NCBI GenBank assembly: GCA_031367385.1
Contig: JANLPS010000511.1
Location: forward strand, 1 to 38,987
Reading direction: 5' to 3'
Origin: Archangium sp.
Lineage (GTDB): Bacteria > Myxococcota > Myxococcia > Myxococcales > Myxococcaceae
DNA length: 38,987 nucleotides
Notes under the pieces: model-generated
Seen by the model: the letters and a program-made list of their open reading frames with translations, nothing else
Told to the model about the DNA's origin: nothing
Databases searched by the model: none
Program-made: the position numbers and the translations under genes
Part shown: positions 35,476 through 38,987 of the stretch, one piece after another
Numbering within the stretch: the first letter of the stretch is position 1
How the letters are laid out: every line of letters starts with the position of its first letter

Positions 35476-37587
35476 TCACCCTTCTGTTTTGGCCTCGGCC
35501 TGAATCTTCGAGAAGTCGGCGACGGTGCCGAACAGGCCGGCGATCTCCATGAGCAGCCGCACCCGGTTCGCTTTCACGGCCGGGTCATCGGCGATGACCA
35601 TCACGCCATCGAAGAACGCGTCGACGTGGGGCTTGAGGGGCACGACTTTGGCCAACGCTCCAGCGTAGTCGTCGACCTTCACGGCGGCGAAGACCGCGTC
35701 GCTGACCTGTGAGACCTGGGCAAAGAGCGTCTTCTCGACCGCCTCGGTGAGCTTGGCCGGGTCGACGGGAGCCTTCGACACGTCTTTGGCCTGCTTCTCG
35801 ACGATGTTCGCGACCCGCTTGAACGTGGCCGCCAGCGCCGCGAAGTCGGGCTGCCCGACGTACTTCGAGATGGCCTCGAGCCGCTTCTGGGCAGCGACCA
35901 GATCATCGAACCCCGCCGCAAGCACCGCATCGACCACGTCGGCCCGGTGATTTTCACGCCAGGTCGATTCGAGGCGGCCGCGAATGAACTCGAGCACCTG
36001 ATCTTTGAGCGGCGCATCGGTGGGCTTCTTCTTCACGTCAGCGAACTTGGGCTCGAGCGCCTTGAGCGCCTCGTCGATCGCGGCCGCCAATGAGAAGCGG
36101 TACCCCCTGCCGGTGACGATGCGAATGAAGGTGATCGCCGCGCGGCGCAACGCGAAGTCGTCTTTCGCGCCAGTGGGCTTCTTCCCAATGCCGAAGAGGC
36201 CGCACAGCGAATCCAACCGGTCGGCGAGGCCAATCAGCGCGCCGGCGTCTTGGGTTGGGAGGCCGTCGCCTGCTCCGCGCGGCAAGTAGTGCTCGAAGAT
36301 CGCGGTCGCGACCTCAGGCGTCTCTTTGTCGTGCAGCGCGTACTCACGACCCATCACCCCCTGCAGCTCGGGGAACTCGCCCACCATGCCGGTCTGCAAG
36401 TCGGCCTTGCACAGGTACGCCGCGCGTTCGACGGTCGGCACGATCTTCTCGAGCTTCACCGCCTTCGCCAGGTACCCGGCGAGTGCCTGAATGCGCTTGG
36501 TCTTCTCGGCCATGCTGCCGAGCTTGTCGATCCACGAGCGGCGCTCGAGCTTGGGCAGGCGGCTCTCGAGCGTGGTGCGGCGATCTTCGTCGAAGAAGAA
36601 CCGGCCGTCGGCCAGGCGCGAACGCAGCACGCGCTCGTAGCCGCGCACCGACAATGCCTCGTCTTTGACCGGCGTATTCGAGACCGCGATGAACTTGGGC
36701 AGCACCTTGCCGGCCGCGTCGGTGAGGGTGAAGTAGCGCTGGTGGCTCTTCATCTCTTGAATCAACACCTCGGGGGGCAGATCGAGGTGTCGCGCTTCGA
36801 ACGTGCCCACCACCGGGTTCGGCAGCTCAATCAGGTTGAGCACCTGATCAACCAGCGCCTCGTCTTGCAATACCGTGCCGCCTGCCTTCTTCGCCGCCGC
36901 CGCGATGCGCTCGTTGAGCAGCGCGCGACGCTTGGTCAAATCGGCCACCACGTGCGCCTTCTCGAGCGCTGCCTCGTAGTCAGCGGGCTTGTCGATGGTG
37001 ATGGCCGCCGGAGCCAGAAATCGGTGCCCGTAGCTCACGCGCCCGCTCTTCACGTCAGAGAACGTGACCGGCACCACCTCGGTGCCCAGCAGCGCCACGA
37101 TCCACTGCAGTGGGCGGCCGAATGACTGCTCGACGTCACCCCATCGCATCGACTTCGCGAAGTTGATCTTTCGCACGCAGCCGTTGAGCACCTCGGAGAG
37201 CAGCTCGAACGTGCGCCGGCCCTTCTCTTCGACCGTCGCCACGAGATACTCGCCCTTGGGCGTAGTCACCCGCCGGAGCTTCTCGACCGGCAGCTTCACG
37301 CTCTCGGCGAACTTGATCGCCGGAGTCTTCGGCGTCGTACCGTCAGCCTCGAACGCGGCCTTCACCGACGGGCCTTGCACCTCTTTGGTGACGTCGTCGG
37401 TCTTTTCGGCGACTCCATTGACCAGCAACGCCAGGCGCCGCGGGGTGGCGAAGCGCTTGACCTCTCCGAAGGTGATGTTCAACGCCGCGCACTGCTCGCG
37501 AAACGTCTTCTCGATGTCGTCGAGCGCGGGCACCACGAACCGGGCCGGGAGCTCTTCAGAGCCCAGCTCAAAAAGCAGCTCAGCCAC
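35476..37587 (-). CDS. glyS: Glycine--tRNA ligase beta subunit
   Basis: [64 protein letters not shown] and a DALR domain. Confidence 0.98.
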   Translation of the reverse strand: MAELLFELGSEELPARFVVPALDDIEKTFREQCAALNITFGEVKRFATPRRLALLVNGVAEKTDDVTKEVQGPSVKAAFEADGTTPKTPAIKFAESVKLPVEKLRRVTTPKGEYLVATVEEKGRRTFELLSEVLNGCVRKINFAKSMRWGDVEQSFGRPLQWIVALLGTEVVPVTFSDVKSGRVSYGHRFLAPAAITIDKPADYEAALEKAHVVADLTKRRALLNERIAAAAKKAGGTVLQDEALVDQVLNLIELPNPVVGTFEARHLDLPPEVLIQEMKSHQRYFTLTDAAGKVLPKFIAVSNTPVKDEALSVRGYERVLRSRLADGRFFFDEDRRTTLESRLPKLERRSWIDKLGSMAEKTKRIQALAGYLAKAVKLEKIVPTVERAAYLCKADLQTGMVGEFPELQGVMGREYALHDKETPEVATAIFEHYLPRGAGDGLPTQDAGALIGLADRLDSLCGLFGIGKKPTGAKDDFALRRAAITFIRIVTGRGYRFSLAAAIDEALKALEPKFADVKKKPTDAPLKDQVLEFIRGRLESTWRENHRADVVDAVLAAGFDDLVAAQKRLEAISKYVGQPDFAALAATFKRVANIVEKQAKDVSKAPVDPAKLTEAVEKTLFAQVSQVSDAVFAAVKVDDYAGALAKVVPLKPHVDAFFDGVMVIADDPAVKANRVRLLMEIAGLFGTVADFSKIQAEAKTEG

Positions 37588-38557
37588 GCGGCGCCTCTTT
37601 CTCTTTCTTCTCGAACGACATGGTCTTCCACATCTCGCTGGCGGGTTTGCCCTCGAGCATCGGCAGCTGCTCGCCGACCGTCCACGCGGTTTTGCACAGG
37701 GGCCAATCGAGCTTCTGCCGCATCTTCAAGTACCCCTCGGCGCACAGCGCGGCGTTGTCTCTGACGCGTTTGATGTACCCGGCCCGGTCGGTCACCGAGA
37801 TGGCCCCGCGCGCGTCGAGCAGGTTGAAGGCATGGCTGCACTTGAGCGCGAAGTCGTACGCCGGCAACGGCAGCTGCTTCTCGACGATCAACCGCTTGCA
37901 CTCGGCCTCGTAGCTCTTGAACAGCATCTCGAGCTGCTCGGGGTCAGAATCGCGCTGCGCGTACTGCGACATCTCGACCTCGTTGGCGTGAAAAATCTCT
38001 CGGTACTTCACGCCCTTGACCCACTCGATGTCGTACACGCTCTCGACGCCTTGCAAGTACATCGCGATGCGCTCGAGCCCGTAGGTCAGCTCAGCCGCGA
38101 CCGGCTTGCACTCGTAGCCGCCGCACTTTTGAAAGTAGGTGAACTGGGTGATCTCCATGCCATCGCACCAGACCTCCCAGCCCAGGCCCGAGGCGCCGAG
38201 GGTCGGTGACTCCCAGTCGTCTTCGACGAAGCGAATGTCGTGCTCGAGCGGGTCAATGCCGAAGGCGCGAATCGAGTCGAGGTAGAGCGCCTGCACGTTC
38301 TTGGGCGCCGGCTTGAGCAACACCTGAAACTGGTGGTGCTGAAAGAGGCGATTGGGGTTCTCACCGAATCGACCATCGGCCGGGCGTCGCGAGGGCTGCA
38401 CGTACGCCACGTTCCACGGCTCGGGGCCGAGGGCGCGCAGAAACGTGTACGGGGCCATGGTGCCAGCGCCAACCTCGGTGTCGTACCCCTGGGTGACGAT
38501 GCAGCCGAGCTTCGCCCAGTGGTTCTGCAAGGTGAGCAACAAGTCCTGAAAATACAT
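37580..38557 (-). CDS. glyQ: Glycine--tRNA ligase alpha subunit
   Basis: [56 protein letters not shown] and [16 protein letters not shown]. Confidence 0.98.
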   Translation of the reverse strand: MYFQDLLLTLQNHWAKLGCIVTQGYDTEVGAGTMAPYTFLRALGPEPWNVAYVQPSRRPADGRFGENPNRLFQHHQFQVLLKPAPKNVQALYLDSIRAFGIDPLEHDIRFVEDDWESPTLGASGLGWEVWCDGMEITQFTYFQKCGGYECKPVAAELTYGLERIAMYLQGVESVYDIEWVKGVKYREIFHANEVEMSQYAQRDSDPEQLEMLFKSYEAECKRLIVEKQLPLPAYDFALKCSHAFNLLDARGAISVTDRAGYIKRVRDNAALCAEGYLKMRQKLDWPLCKTAWTVGEQLPMLEGKPASEMWKTMSFEKKEKEAPRG

Positions 38558-38649
38558 AGGGCGCGCACCTTAGCACCCACCCACGTTCGACTTCTGAAAC
38601 TCTCAGTGTGCAAAAGCTGAAGCTGACGTCGCCCGCCCTGAGCGCTCGA

Positions 38650-38985
38650 CTACTCGACGGGCCCGAACTTGAGCTTGAGCCAGGTGACCAGCTCGTTCGC
38701 ATCTGCCTCTGAGACGTCGGCCTGCAACTTCGGCGTTCTCCCCCGACCGCGGGTGACGGTCGCGAGCATCGTCAGCCGCGAGACCCGAGGCACGCGCACG
38801 AACAGGCTCGGGCCTTCGCTGGTGCCAGTGCCCGAGCCGTCGTGGCATCGCCAACACTGCACGCCGGGGTGGGTGTAGCCATTGAAGTAGCGCTCGGCGC
38901 GACCGGTGATGGCGGCCTCTGGCAAGCGTCTGCCTTTCAACTCGCCGGCGCAGCCGACGGTACACAGTATCAGCAGCAGCGGCAG
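38650..38985 (-). CDS. Monoheme cytochrome c lipoprotein, start outside the window
   Basis: CWRCHDGSGTG...GPSL. The frame stays open to the window edge through LPLLLILCTVGC (lipobox). Confidence 0.78.
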   Translation of the reverse strand: MPLLLILCTVGCAGELKGRRLPEAAITGRAERYFNGYTHPGVQCWRCHDGSGTGTSEGPSLFVRVPRVSRLTMLATVTRGRGRTPKLQADVSEADANELVTWLKLKFGPVE

Positions 38986-38987
38986 CA

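Noticed and set aside
35293..35712. Plus-strand ORF after the toxin as an immunity gene
   Set aside because: It has a non-standard start, low-complexity Arg/Pro/Gly sequence, and more than half of it is antisense to glyS.

Overview
GC-rich chromosomal segment, very probably from a Myxococcota (Myxococcaceae/Archangiaceae-like) bacterium, judged by a MYXO-CTERM protein, a TIGR02996 protein, a Hanks kinase and an FHA-rich Tad cluster. The housekeeping backbone is tRNA-Cys, polA and glyQ-glyS. A long minus-strand run (two lipoproteins, RHH/FHA protein, CpaC secretin, FHA-CpaF ATPase, double-FHA membrane protein) matches the organisation of cluster 1 of the Myxococcus Kil (Tad-like contact-dependent prey killing) system. 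Between it and glyS lies an accessory stretch with a 40-bp tandem repeat, an orphan gene and a frameshifted Ala-rich gene ending in an Ntox28-like tRNase toxin domain with no visible immunity gene. The left end has an ECF sigma / zinc anti-sigma / caspase-beta-barrel operon, interrupted by a 146-bp palindromic insert that keeps translational coupling. Also present: cytochrome P460, SpoIID/LytB, TonB, a double-GAF histidine kinase and an Hsp20 operon with a candidate RNA thermometer. All family calls come from motif recognition by eye; no searches were run.
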